From assembly GCA_963827275.1 (NCBI GenBank), contig CAWHAA010000010.1, positions 256,001-320,000 of the forward strand: 64,000 bases of DNA, read 5' to 3'. The translations under genes were made by a program, and so were the position numbers. The notes beneath the pieces are model-generated. The model was not told where the DNA came from and ran no database searches. It saw only the letters and a program-made list of their open reading frames with translations. Origin of the DNA: an uncultured Spirochaetota bacterium (GTDB taxonomy: Bacteria; Spirochaetota; UBA4802; UBA5550). Shown here one piece after another: positions 49,647-58,282 of the stretch (the stretch's first letter is position 1; each line of letters begins with the position of its first letter).

Positions 49647-49943
49647 ATGGAAAACAAAAATAAACTATCTAAAAGACAGTTTCTGCTCATGGCCGGTCCG
49701 GCGATCTTCCTTGCATGTGCGGCGGTAATCATGTCATGCGGCGGAGACGAGGGAGGCACCATGACCAGGGGAGCAGACATTAAATGCGCGGAATGCCCCA
49801 TGCGGGCACGCTACGACCGGGACCCGAAATCGTTACTGAGCCGCCTGTGGAAATGGCATACGAAGTGGTGCCCCGGCTGGAAATCGTACCTTGCGTCCCT
49901 GCCGGAGGACGAGCGGAAAAAGGTCATTGAGCACTACCAATAG
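49647..49943 (+). CDS. Small Cys/Trp-rich protein
   Basis: CAECPMR..YD..PKSLLSRLWKWH..WCPGW; alternative start at ATG 49761 with GGAGG RBS. Confidence 0.7.
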   Translation: MENKNKLSKRQFLLMAGPAIFLACAAVIMSCGGDEGGTMTRGADIKCAECPMRARYDRDPKSLLSRLWKWHTKWCPGWKSYLASLPEDERKKVIEHYQ

Positions 49944-49965
49944 CTCCGGACGGGGCATGGCCCTC

Positions 49966-50847
49966 TCAGGGATAATCCACGCCGGTAAGTCGCGCGCTCT
50001 TCTCCCATAGAACAGCCCCGATTTGCCGGCCGCCGCGGAGCCTCGGCTCCTTCCTTTTCATGAAGCGGAAATATCCGCCGCTTGTCCCTTCCATCTCCGG
50101 CGATGAGGCGAGGTGTATGGCAGTACGGGCCGCCCGCGAGGCGGAAGGAAAGACCCGGCCGATGACCGCGTGCGCGATCGCGGGGACGAGGCCCGGCTTG
50201 TTTGCGATATTGGTGGCCATGGGCCCGGGGTCGAGGGCGTTGACCGTGACGCCGGTCCCCCCGAGCCTGCGCGCCAGCTCCGCGTTGAAATGCAGCACGG
50301 CGAGCTTTGAGCGGCCGTAGGCCATCGAAAAGGAATATTTTTTTCCGCTCCCGTCAATATCAGCGGGATCGATTGCCGCGATCATGTGCGCGTCGGACCC
50401 CACGTTCACGACGCGGGCGGGCGCGGAGGCGATCATGCGGGGCAGCAGAAGCAGGGTGAACTGAAACATGGCGAGATAATTCACCGCGAAGGTCTCCTCT
50501 ATGCCGTCGGCGGAGAGGCCGCGGTAGCGGCACACCAGCCCCGCGTTGTTCACCAGCACATGGAGCGGCCGGTCCCACGAAAGGAACTCCGCCGCGCCTT
50601 TTTCGATCTCCTTCCGCGAGGCGAAGTCACAGGAGATGGCTTTCGGCCGCTTCCCGGTCAGGGACAGTATCCTCTCCCGCGCGGCATCGCAGTCGCCCGG
50701 CCGGGGGCCGTGGAGGACCACCTCGGCGCCCATGAGCGCGAGGGCCTCGGCCACCGCCTGTCCGTGCCCGCTCGATGAGCCGGTTATGAGGCAGGTCTTG
50801 CCCGCCATGGTCTTTTCTTCGTTCATACAACGCTCCCCGTGATCCAT
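49966..50847 (-). CDS. Short-chain dehydrogenase/reductase
   Basis: TGSSSGHG, NNAG, YGRSK (YxxxK), PG..T. Confidence 0.9.
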   Translation of the reverse strand: MDHGERCMNEEKTMAGKTCLITGSSSGHGQAVAEALALMGAEVVLHGPRPGDCDAARERILSLTGKRPKAISCDFASRKEIEKGAAEFLSWDRPLHVLVNNAGLVCRYRGLSADGIEETFAVNYLAMFQFTLLLLPRMIASAPARVVNVGSDAHMIAAIDPADIDGSGKKYSFSMAYGRSKLAVLHFNAELARRLGGTGVTVNALDPGPMATNIANKPGLVPAIAHAVIGRVFPSASRAARTAIHLASSPEMEGTSGGYFRFMKRKEPRLRGGRQIGAVLWEKSARLTGVDYP

Positions 50848-51011
50848 GATGTATCCCGCGCCGTCCGGGAACTGAATACTATTTTGACGCCTGTGTCCAG
50901 CGTATTTTATGGTATGCGTTCGTTACGTTCCGCGAATACGGACATACTGCCGGGCATGCGTTGCTAAAAAATATATTGTACTTTTTTCACCGGTCCCCCA
51001 TGCTCAGTTCC

Positions 51012-51731
51012 ATGCACGACGGAACTGCAACAGCGGGAACACCGGGTATGAGGGTGGTGGTGATCGAACCGGGAGGTCCCGTCAATGTCGGGTCGATCGC
51101 CCGGGTCATGGCCAATTTCGGCTTCAGCGACCTGGTGCTCGTGGCCCCGGCCGACATACAGGATGATGACGGCAGGGGCTCCCGTGTCGCCATGGGCGGG
51201 ACCGGAGTCTATAATGCCCGACGCGTCGTCGGCACGCTCGGGGAAGCGCTGGACGGGTGCGGCCTGGTGATCGGCGCGACAAGAAGGGCGCGAAGCGACG
51301 AAACCTGCGTCGATTTCAGGGAGGCCGCGGCCATTGCCTCCTTCAAGATGGCGACAACGAGGGTCGCCCTGCTCCTGGGCCGCGAGCGGGACGGGCTGTC
51401 CCGCGAAGAGCGGGGCCTGTGCCATGTCCTGGCCAGGATCCCCACGGTCCCGGGACCGGCCGGGTCGCTGAACATCTCCCATGCCGCGGCCCTTTTTCTG
51501 TGCGAGATCTTCAGCGGGCCGCCCGCTGCCGACGACAGGCCGGCCGCCGATACCGGCGCCCTCGCCGCCGAATTCGACAATCTCTTCACGCGAAGCGGCG
51601 TCGGGGAGGAGAACGGCAGGGCGCAGGTTATCTTCAGGGGCCTGGTGGAACGTTCAGGTATCACGGCCGCGGAAGCGCGCCTCCTGGAACGGTGCTTCAG
51701 GTTTTTCGGCTCGAGAATCAGGCAAAAATAA
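51012..51731 (+). CDS. SPOUT RNA methyltransferase (TrmJ/TrmH family)
   Basis: EP...NVGSIARVMANFG, GRERDGL..E, SLNISHA; start uncertain (51000-51048). Confidence 0.85.
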   Translation: MHDGTATAGTPGMRVVVIEPGGPVNVGSIARVMANFGFSDLVLVAPADIQDDDGRGSRVAMGGTGVYNARRVVGTLGEALDGCGLVIGATRRARSDETCVDFREAAAIASFKMATTRVALLLGRERDGLSREERGLCHVLARIPTVPGPAGSLNISHAAALFLCEIFSGPPAADDRPAADTGALAAEFDNLFTRSGVGEENGRAQVIFRGLVERSGITAAEARLLERCFRFFGSRIRQK

Positions 51732-51747
51732 ATACAGGGGGTTTGCA

Positions 51748-52317
51748 ATGAAGATACTCGGCATCATGGGAAGCCCGCGGGTCGGAGGCAACAGCGACAT
51801 CCTCCTTGATGACGCCCTGGCCGGAGCTGAAAAGGCCGGCGCGCTGGTGGAAAAAATTATCCTGGATAAAAAGAAAATCGCCGGGTGCAGGGACTGCAGG
51901 AAATGCAACGAAACCGGCCGGTGCGTCCTGAAGGACGATATGCCTGAAATCCACACGAAGATACTGGAAGCGGACGCCATCATCCACAGCGTGCCGGTCT
52001 ATTTCTGGTCCATGACCGCGCAGATGAAAGCGTACCTGGACCGGTGGTGCGCCCTCTTTGACGCGGAATGGAAATGGCACAAGGAGTACCGGCCGAGGAT
52101 GAAGGGCAAGCCGATAGGCCTGATCACGGTGTGCGGGGACACCAATGTTCACACGGCGGACCCGATAGTGCACAGCTTTAAATCAACCGTGGACATGACA
52201 GGGATGCGCTGGCTCGGGGCGGTGATGGCATCCGCAAACGGCAAGGGCGACATCCTCACCGATGAAAAGGCCAGAAAGCAGGCCCGCGAACTGGGGGAAA
52301 AGGCGGCGACGGGATGA
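51748..52317 (+). CDS. Iron-sulfur flavoprotein / flavodoxin family protein
   Basis: GSPR..GNS, CRDCRKC.....C, DDM, PVYF..MKAYLDR. Confidence 0.9.
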   Translation: MKILGIMGSPRVGGNSDILLDDALAGAEKAGALVEKIILDKKKIAGCRDCRKCNETGRCVLKDDMPEIHTKILEADAIIHSVPVYFWSMTAQMKAYLDRWCALFDAEWKWHKEYRPRMKGKPIGLITVCGDTNVHTADPIVHSFKSTVDMTGMRWLGAVMASANGKGDILTDEKARKQARELGEKAATG

Positions 52318-52385
52318 TCGGCGAGGCCGTATCGATGAGTTACGCCCGTAGCCCTTCCGGCGACTGAGGAGCGGCACGGGGGTTT

Positions 52386-52420
52386 GCATGGGGGGATTTT
52401 GCTGTTGAAATCCCCCCTGC
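52386..52420. terminator. Hairpin between convergent genes (possible bidirectional terminator or REP-like repeat)
   Basis: GGGGGGATTT-N8-AAATCCCCCC; no clear U-tract. Confidence 0.4.
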
Positions 52421-52423
52421 GCT

Positions 52424-53101
52424 TCAATTCGCGGAAGCGAGAACCACCAGCGCGTCCACCACGACGGGCTTGTTCCCGGATATGATGAGCGGGTTGATGT
52501 CGATCTCGGCGATCTCGCTGTGCTTCACGCCCAGGTTGCCGATCCCCACCAGGGCGGCGACCAGCTGCTTTTTATCGACCGCCGGGCTGCCGCGGAACTC
52601 GTCGAGGAGCTTCTTCATGCGGATCTCTTCGATCATCTCTTCCGCGTCAAGCTCGGTGAGGGGCGCCACCCGGAAGCTCACGTCTTTTATCACCTCGGTG
52701 AAAATACCGCCGATGCCGAACATCACGCAGGGGCCGAACTGCGGGTCGCGGCTCAGCCCGATCACGAACTCGCGGTCGCCCCTGACCATCTCCTGCACCA
52801 GCACGCCGTCGAGCTCGACCCCCTTGCCGGTGATCTCGTCATAGGCCTTCTGCACCTCGTCAACGCTGGAGAGCTTGAGCTTCACCAGTCCCATCTCGGT
52901 CTTGTGCGCGGCCTTGTCGGAGCAGCCCTTCAGCACGACCGGGTATCCTATCTCCCCGGCGAACTTCACCGCTTCGTCGCGCGAGCGCGCCAGCTTCTCC
53001 CGGGTGATCGTGATCCCCGCGGACCGGAGCACCAGCTTTGAATCATATTCCGACAGGGTCTTCTGGCCCCGCTCAATCGCGTTCTTAACAATCTGATCCA
53101 T
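52424..53101 (-). CDS. ADP-forming acyl-CoA synthetase beta subunit (ATP-grasp)
   Basis: LSEYDSK, GYPVVLK, HKTE, DPQFGP, EIDINPL. Confidence 0.9.
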   Translation of the reverse strand: MDQIVKNAIERGQKTLSEYDSKLVLRSAGITITREKLARSRDEAVKFAGEIGYPVVLKGCSDKAAHKTEMGLVKLKLSSVDEVQKAYDEITGKGVELDGVLVQEMVRGDREFVIGLSRDPQFGPCVMFGIGGIFTEVIKDVSFRVAPLTELDAEEMIEEIRMKKLLDEFRGSPAVDKKQLVAALVGIGNLGVKHSEIAEIDINPLIISGNKPVVVDALVVLASAN

Positions 53102-54491
53102 ACCGGGTCTCCTTTTTCCGAAGGTATCTGAACTGTTCGTAGGACACCACCAGCGCCCGCACCGCCTCCTCCATCGAATCGAACAGGGGAAGGTGGTGCT
53201 GTTTGCGGACCGAGATGATGCGCCCCACCGAATTCGGTGTGTATATGGCCGCCGGCTTGTCGTACCGTTTGCACATTTTCACGACTTCTTTGATGACGTC
53301 AATGACAAAATCGCGCCAGATGCTCGACATCAGCAGGAGGCCGTCCACTTCACCGGCGGAGAGGAGGATCTCGAAGATATCGAGGTACACCTGCGGCGGC
53401 GCGGGGCCGATGTCGACCGGGTTGTTCATGTTGAACACGCCCTTGATCTTCGACAGGCGCTCGCGGGTCTCCGGTTCGAGCCGCGGCATGCGGAGGCCCG
53501 CTTCCACCATCAGGTCGGCCGATATGCTGCCGAAGGCGCCGGAGTTGGTGAAGGCCGCTATCCGGTTCCCTCGCAGGAGGGGCATCTCGGTCAGCATCTT
53601 CGGCAATGAGTGGATCTCGCTGATTGACCGCAGCCTGATGATGCCCGCCTGGCGGCACATGCTGTCAAACACGGCGTCGTTGTTCGCCATGCCGGCGGTG
53701 TGGGACAGGGCCGCCGCCGTGCCCTCCGCGGTCCTGCCCGACTTGAATACGAGGATCGGTTTTTTCACCCGGCGGGCGACCTGCATGAGCTTTTCGCCGC
53801 GGACCACGTTCTCCAGGTACATCGCGATCACCTGCGTGTTGTCGCGGCTGAAATACTCGATCAGGTCAGCTTCATCCACGTCGGTCTTGTTGCCGATGCT
53901 CACCATCTTGTTTATGCCCTGCATGTCATCCATGAGGGACTCGATGATCAGCACGCCCACCCCGCCGCTCTGTATGACGTAGGAGACGCCGCCCGGCTTT
54001 TTGAATACCTCCATGATTTCCTGGTATGCCCCGTAAAAGCAGCAGAAGTGGGAGACATTGTCCAGCACACCCAGGCAGTTGGGTCCCATCATCCGGATCC
54101 CGAACCGTGCGGCGTATTCGTCGATCTCCCTCTGGAGCGATGTGCCGTCCATGCCCTGCTCTGAAAAACCCGCGCTTTCTATGATTATATTGTGGATGCC
54201 CTTCTCACCGCACTCCTTCACGAACCGGGGCACCACCGGGGCCGGCGTGATGATTACCGCAAGATCGACCTCCTGTGGAATATCCGTCAGCGCGGTATAC
54301 CCGGGGCAGCCGCTTACCGCTTCCCCCTTCCTGTTGATGGCATACACCGGTCCGGGAAACTTTATATATTCCTTCAAACAGGTACAGATGGTGGCCCCGA
54401 GGTTGAAGGGCGCGTTCGACGCGCCTATGACCGCGACTGATTCCGGATTAAAAAACTTATCAAGAAGAGAATCTTTAATTTTAACATCCAT
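53085..54491 (-). CDS. ADP-forming acyl-CoA synthetase alpha subunit (CoA-binding)
   Basis: FFNPESVAVIGAS, GPNCLG, QSGG, SHTAG, NPVD. Confidence 0.9.
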   Translation of the reverse strand: MDVKIKDSLLDKFFNPESVAVIGASNAPFNLGATICTCLKEYIKFPGPVYAINRKGEAVSGCPGYTALTDIPQEVDLAVIITPAPVVPRFVKECGEKGIHNIIIESAGFSEQGMDGTSLQREIDEYAARFGIRMMGPNCLGVLDNVSHFCCFYGAYQEIMEVFKKPGGVSYVIQSGGVGVLIIESLMDDMQGINKMVSIGNKTDVDEADLIEYFSRDNTQVIAMYLENVVRGEKLMQVARRVKKPILVFKSGRTAEGTAAALSHTAGMANNDAVFDSMCRQAGIIRLRSISEIHSLPKMLTEMPLLRGNRIAAFTNSGAFGSISADLMVEAGLRMPRLEPETRERLSKIKGVFNMNNPVDIGPAPPQVYLDIFEILLSAGEVDGLLLMSSIWRDFVIDVIKEVVKMCKRYDKPAAIYTPNSVGRIISVRKQHHLPLFDSMEEAVRALVVSYEQFRYLRKKETRYGSDC

Positions 54492-54514
54492 GAGGTACCG
54501 CCAGAACAAGATAT

Positions 54515-54555
54515 GTAAACAATGTTTACTTATTAAAACATTGTTTATGTGTCAA
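54515..54555 (-). promoter_or_regulatory. Tandem palindromic operator sites overlapping a promoter
   Basis: GTAAACAATGTTTAC (54515-54529) and AAACATTGTTT (54536-54546) next to a minus-strand TTGACA (54550-54555). Confidence 0.65.
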
Positions 54556-54619
54556 GTAATTTTACAAAAAAAATACACGTGTATAGAAAAACAACAATAA
54601 AGAAGCGGGACAATAATGA

Positions 54620-55240
54620 TTACTTATTTTTTGAAGCGGAATCAGTGTAAAGCCTGGCCAGATTGGCGGCGATCCTCTTCCTGTGCCTGAGAATTTCCGC
54701 ATCGCTTTTATCCGGATGGCTCCTGAAGGTGGCTATTATGCCGGTGAGCGCCGCGAAGAGGGTATGGGAGTGAAGGCGGACATTTCCCCCGATATTGAGC
54801 TTCATAAACACCCGGTCAAAGTAATCGAGCATTCTCCGCTCAAGCACGTTCAATTTATCGAAGAGGTCATGATCGACCGAGCCATCGAGGAAAAAATTCA
54901 TCATCATGCGGTAGTACTGGTCATTGCGCGTAAAATAATCGATGAACCCGTCAATCACCTCTTCGATCGACACATCCCCGGAAGCGTCGATTCTCCGGTA
55001 AATGTCGTCGAACCCCTCGCTGATCGCCCGCACGTAGGCCTCCACGAAGAGGGACTGCTGGTCGGGGAAATGACGGTAGATGAGCGCCGGCGATATGCCC
55101 GCCCGCCTGGCGATGTCCCGCATGTTCACCCGGTTAAAGGGCTTCGTCGCAAATTCCATCTCTGCCGCGTCGATGATGATTTTCCGGCGGGCATTCTTCT
55201 CGCTTTCTTTCAATTCTGAGAGGGTGATATCTTTTTTCAT
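54620..55240 (-). CDS. TetR/AcrR-family transcriptional regulator
   Basis: IIDAA..F....MRDIARRAGISPALIYRHF helix-turn-helix. Confidence 0.92.
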   Translation of the reverse strand: MKKDITLSELKESEKNARRKIIIDAAEMEFATKPFNRVNMRDIARRAGISPALIYRHFPDQQSLFVEAYVRAISEGFDDIYRRIDASGDVSIEEVIDGFIDYFTRNDQYYRMMMNFFLDGSVDHDLFDKLNVLERRMLDYFDRVFMKLNIGGNVRLHSHTLFAALTGIIATFRSHPDKSDAEILRHRKRIAANLARLYTDSASKNK

Positions 55241-55356
55241 GTGAGGGTCCGGATTTCATTCCGGTTATTGCACACCCGGCACGCCATTGTCAACAATTAT
55301 CGTGATTTACGCCGCAGCTGAAAGGTTATTTTGTTCGAGGTGATTGAATGAGCGCC

Positions 55357-57870
55357 TTATATCTTGAGCACCCGGACCAGCTCCTGCTCCAGCTCTTCCA
55401 GGCTGAACGGCTTGGCCAGCGCCCCGGAAAATCCGTGGTCGGCATACCGTACCATTGCCGGGTCATCCGCGTATCCGCTCGTAACGATAGTCCGTACCCC
55501 CGGATCGATCTCCTTCAACCCACCGATTACCCTGTCGGCGCCTGACCCGTCAGGGATGATAAGGTCAAGGACCACGACGTCGAAAGGGGCGCCCGCTTCT
55601 TTTGCTTTTTTGAACAGCTCGATCGCCTCATGGCCGTTGGACGCTGAAACGACTTCGTAACCGAGATGGGTCAGGAGCCGCACCCCCATGTCCTGGATAA
55701 TCTTCTCGTCATCCATGAGGAGTATCTTCCCGGATGCCGAAGCGGCAGGCCCCGCCGCTTCAGGGGGCCAGGCCTGGGCCGCAGCCACCGCCGGGAGCCG
55801 CACCGTGAAAACAGAGCCGGCGCCCCGCTTCGGTTCGGCGGTCAGGAGCCCGTCGTGTTTCTTCACGATAGAATATGATATTGCGAGGCCCAGCCCGCTG
55901 CCCGAATCCTTCGTCGTGAAATAGGGGTCGAAAATCCTCGGCAGGATCTCGTCGGGGATGCCGCTCCCCTGGTCCTCCACGGAAATCTTGATATAATTGC
56001 CGCTCCTGACCGGCAGGCCCGATTTCCCGTCAATGAATTCATTTTCGGCCGACAGCGTTATCAGACCGCCCTCCGGCATTGCCTGCCGGGCGTTCAGGAT
56101 TATATTATGTATCACCTGGCTTATCTGGCCCCGGTCGATTTCAGCGTCCCACAAATTATCGTCTATCCGGAATTCACATATGACATCCGAGCCGCGAAGG
56201 ACGAAATAGGCCGTATCTTCGAGAAGACTCCGTATCGGCGTGATCTTTTTTGCGGAGAACCCTCCCCGGGAAAACGCCATGAGCTGCTGCGTCAGCTCCT
56301 TTGCCATCTCGGAAGCGTTTTCAGCCTCCGACAGGATGACGAAATTCGCGTCATCCGGCCTCATCTTTACCTTCGCCAGCGATATGTTGCCGACGATGGC
56401 GGTCAGGAGGTTGTTGAAATCGTGGGCGATCCCCGCGGCCAGGATTGCCAGCGATTCGATCTTACTCTGCCGGAGCATCTCCTCTTCTATCAGCTTTCTC
56501 CTGGTTATGTCATGGGCGATGCCCCTGAACCCCATGAGGGCGCCGTAGTCATCGACCACGGGACGGCAGCGGAGCTCAACCCATATTGATGAGCCGTCCT
56601 TCCTGACGATCCTGAGCTCCTTGTCCTCGCATATCGTCTCAATCAGCCGGGCAGGAGCGCCGGGCGCGCTGTTGCCGGCCATGCGGAGGGCGGTGAGAAA
56701 CGTATCGATGTCCTCGCCATTGATGATCTCCATCAGGTTCCGTCCGATTATCTCCCTCTGGTCGTAGCCGGTGATCTTCTGGATTGCCGGGTTTGTAAAG
56801 AGGATAGTCCCTTCCGGGTCGAGGTTAAGGACGATGTCATCGATGCTGTTTACGAGGGTGCGGTACTTCTTTTCGGAGCTCTGCAGGATCGCCTCCTGCC
56901 TGTTGCGGTTCTCGATCTCCGCCTGCAGCAGCGTGTTCGCGGCGGATAGGGCCGCGGTGCGGTCAGCGACCCTGTTCTCAAGCTCGGAATGCGCTTTTTT
57001 CAGGTCATCCTCAGCCTGCACCCTGACCGTGATATCATTGATGACCGCGGTGACGTACATCGTCCTGCCGTTATCATCGTACACCGTTTTTCCCCTGATA
57101 TCGAACGACCGCCACGTGCGGTCCCTGTGGCGCATGCGGCAGAGGGCGCTGAAAACGCGGTTCTCGTGGCCCGCTGCGCGGAAGGAGCCGACTGTGCCGC
57201 CCACATCATCCGGGTGCATGTAATCGATGATGTTTTCACCGGCCATGTCCTCCGGGGCATAACCGAGTATCCGGCCGATGGACGCGCTGGAGAAGAGGAC
57301 GGTGCCGTCTGTTGCGAAGACAAAAAAGATATCGTTGGACAGCTCGACGAGGAGCTGGTAATAATCGAGGCAGCGCAGGAGCGTCTCCTGCGACTTCTTC
57401 AGATTCACCACGTCCTTGATGACGCCGAGGGTGCCGGTAAACTCCTTCTCGTCCCTGCCGAGCATGGCGCTGTATGATCCGACGGAGATGACCCGGCAGG
57501 TCGCCATGACCCCCGTCCCGCGGTCGTCCATGACCGAATAGTCTTTCGGTACGAGGCGCACCTGCAGGTCCCTTGTTATCCTCTTCCCGGTCCGCCGCTC
57601 GTCAAAAAGCTTCGGCTGGGTGCCGGCGTACTGCACATCGACGGCACTGCGTCCGATCACGGCGTCGCGCCGCACATTATCGATATCATCGGGGTGGATC
57701 AGCGTACTGAAATGCTTGTAGATGAGGTCCTCGGGCTCATACCCGAGATTGCGGATGGAATTATTGATATAGGTGAAACAACCGTCGGCATCCAGCTTGT
57801 ATATGATATCGGGGATCATATGCACGATGGCTTCATATGCTCGTGGCATCTGCTCTTCCTTTATTTTCAT
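55357..57870 (-). CDS. Cytoplasmic multi-PAS hybrid histidine kinase/response regulator
   Basis: Three PAS/PAC, AGIAHDFNNLL, DPYFTTK, GSGLGL, receiver domain. Confidence 0.92.
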   Translation of the reverse strand: MKIKEEQMPRAYEAIVHMIPDIIYKLDADGCFTYINNSIRNLGYEPEDLIYKHFSTLIHPDDIDNVRRDAVIGRSAVDVQYAGTQPKLFDERRTGKRITRDLQVRLVPKDYSVMDDRGTGVMATCRVISVGSYSAMLGRDEKEFTGTLGVIKDVVNLKKSQETLLRCLDYYQLLVELSNDIFFVFATDGTVLFSSASIGRILGYAPEDMAGENIIDYMHPDDVGGTVGSFRAAGHENRVFSALCRMRHRDRTWRSFDIRGKTVYDDNGRTMYVTAVINDITVRVQAEDDLKKAHSELENRVADRTAALSAANTLLQAEIENRNRQEAILQSSEKKYRTLVNSIDDIVLNLDPEGTILFTNPAIQKITGYDQREIIGRNLMEIINGEDIDTFLTALRMAGNSAPGAPARLIETICEDKELRIVRKDGSSIWVELRCRPVVDDYGALMGFRGIAHDITRRKLIEEEMLRQSKIESLAILAAGIAHDFNNLLTAIVGNISLAKVKMRPDDANFVILSEAENASEMAKELTQQLMAFSRGGFSAKKITPIRSLLEDTAYFVLRGSDVICEFRIDDNLWDAEIDRGQISQVIHNIILNARQAMPEGGLITLSAENEFIDGKSGLPVRSGNYIKISVEDQGSGIPDEILPRIFDPYFTTKDSGSGLGLAISYSIVKKHDGLLTAEPKRGAGSVFTVRLPAVAAAQAWPPEAAGPAASASGKILLMDDEKIIQDMGVRLLTHLGYEVVSASNGHEAIELFKKAKEAGAPFDVVVLDLIIPDGSGADRVIGGLKEIDPGVRTIVTSGYADDPAMVRYADHGFSGALAKPFSLEELEQELVRVLKI

Positions 57871-58174
57871 GTCAGCGCTCTTGATCCGGGATGAATAGAA
57901 GACCGGATGTTAAAACTGATTTCCCAGTTTTTTCAAACCTCATGAATGAAAGACAAAGCGCCCCTCCCTATGGTCCGACGCAGGCATATATTTTTTTTAC
58001 CTGCCCTGTGAAAATCACAGACAGGGCCCATATAGCACAGATAAAGGTTTTTCTTTATTCAAAAATGTCTATTCAGCTGATATAATTATATATATAAATA
58101 GAGATGATGGTCAAGAAATAATTATCACACCGCATCATTAAAACGATATTGACATTCGATATTGAAAACAACAT

Positions 58175-58252
58175 GGGGTCAGAGCAATAATTGGGATGGC
58201 AATATGTTAACACTATTATTTTTTTGTACAATTATTGCATTACTCTGACACC
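58175..58252. repeat. Short IR-bounded AT-rich element
   Basis: Left arm GGGGTCAGAGCAATAATTG; right arm reverse-complements to GGTGTCAGAGTAATGCAATAATTG. Confidence 0.6.
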
Positions 58253-58282
58253 AGATGCAGAAAGAGCTCGTCAGCACACGCA

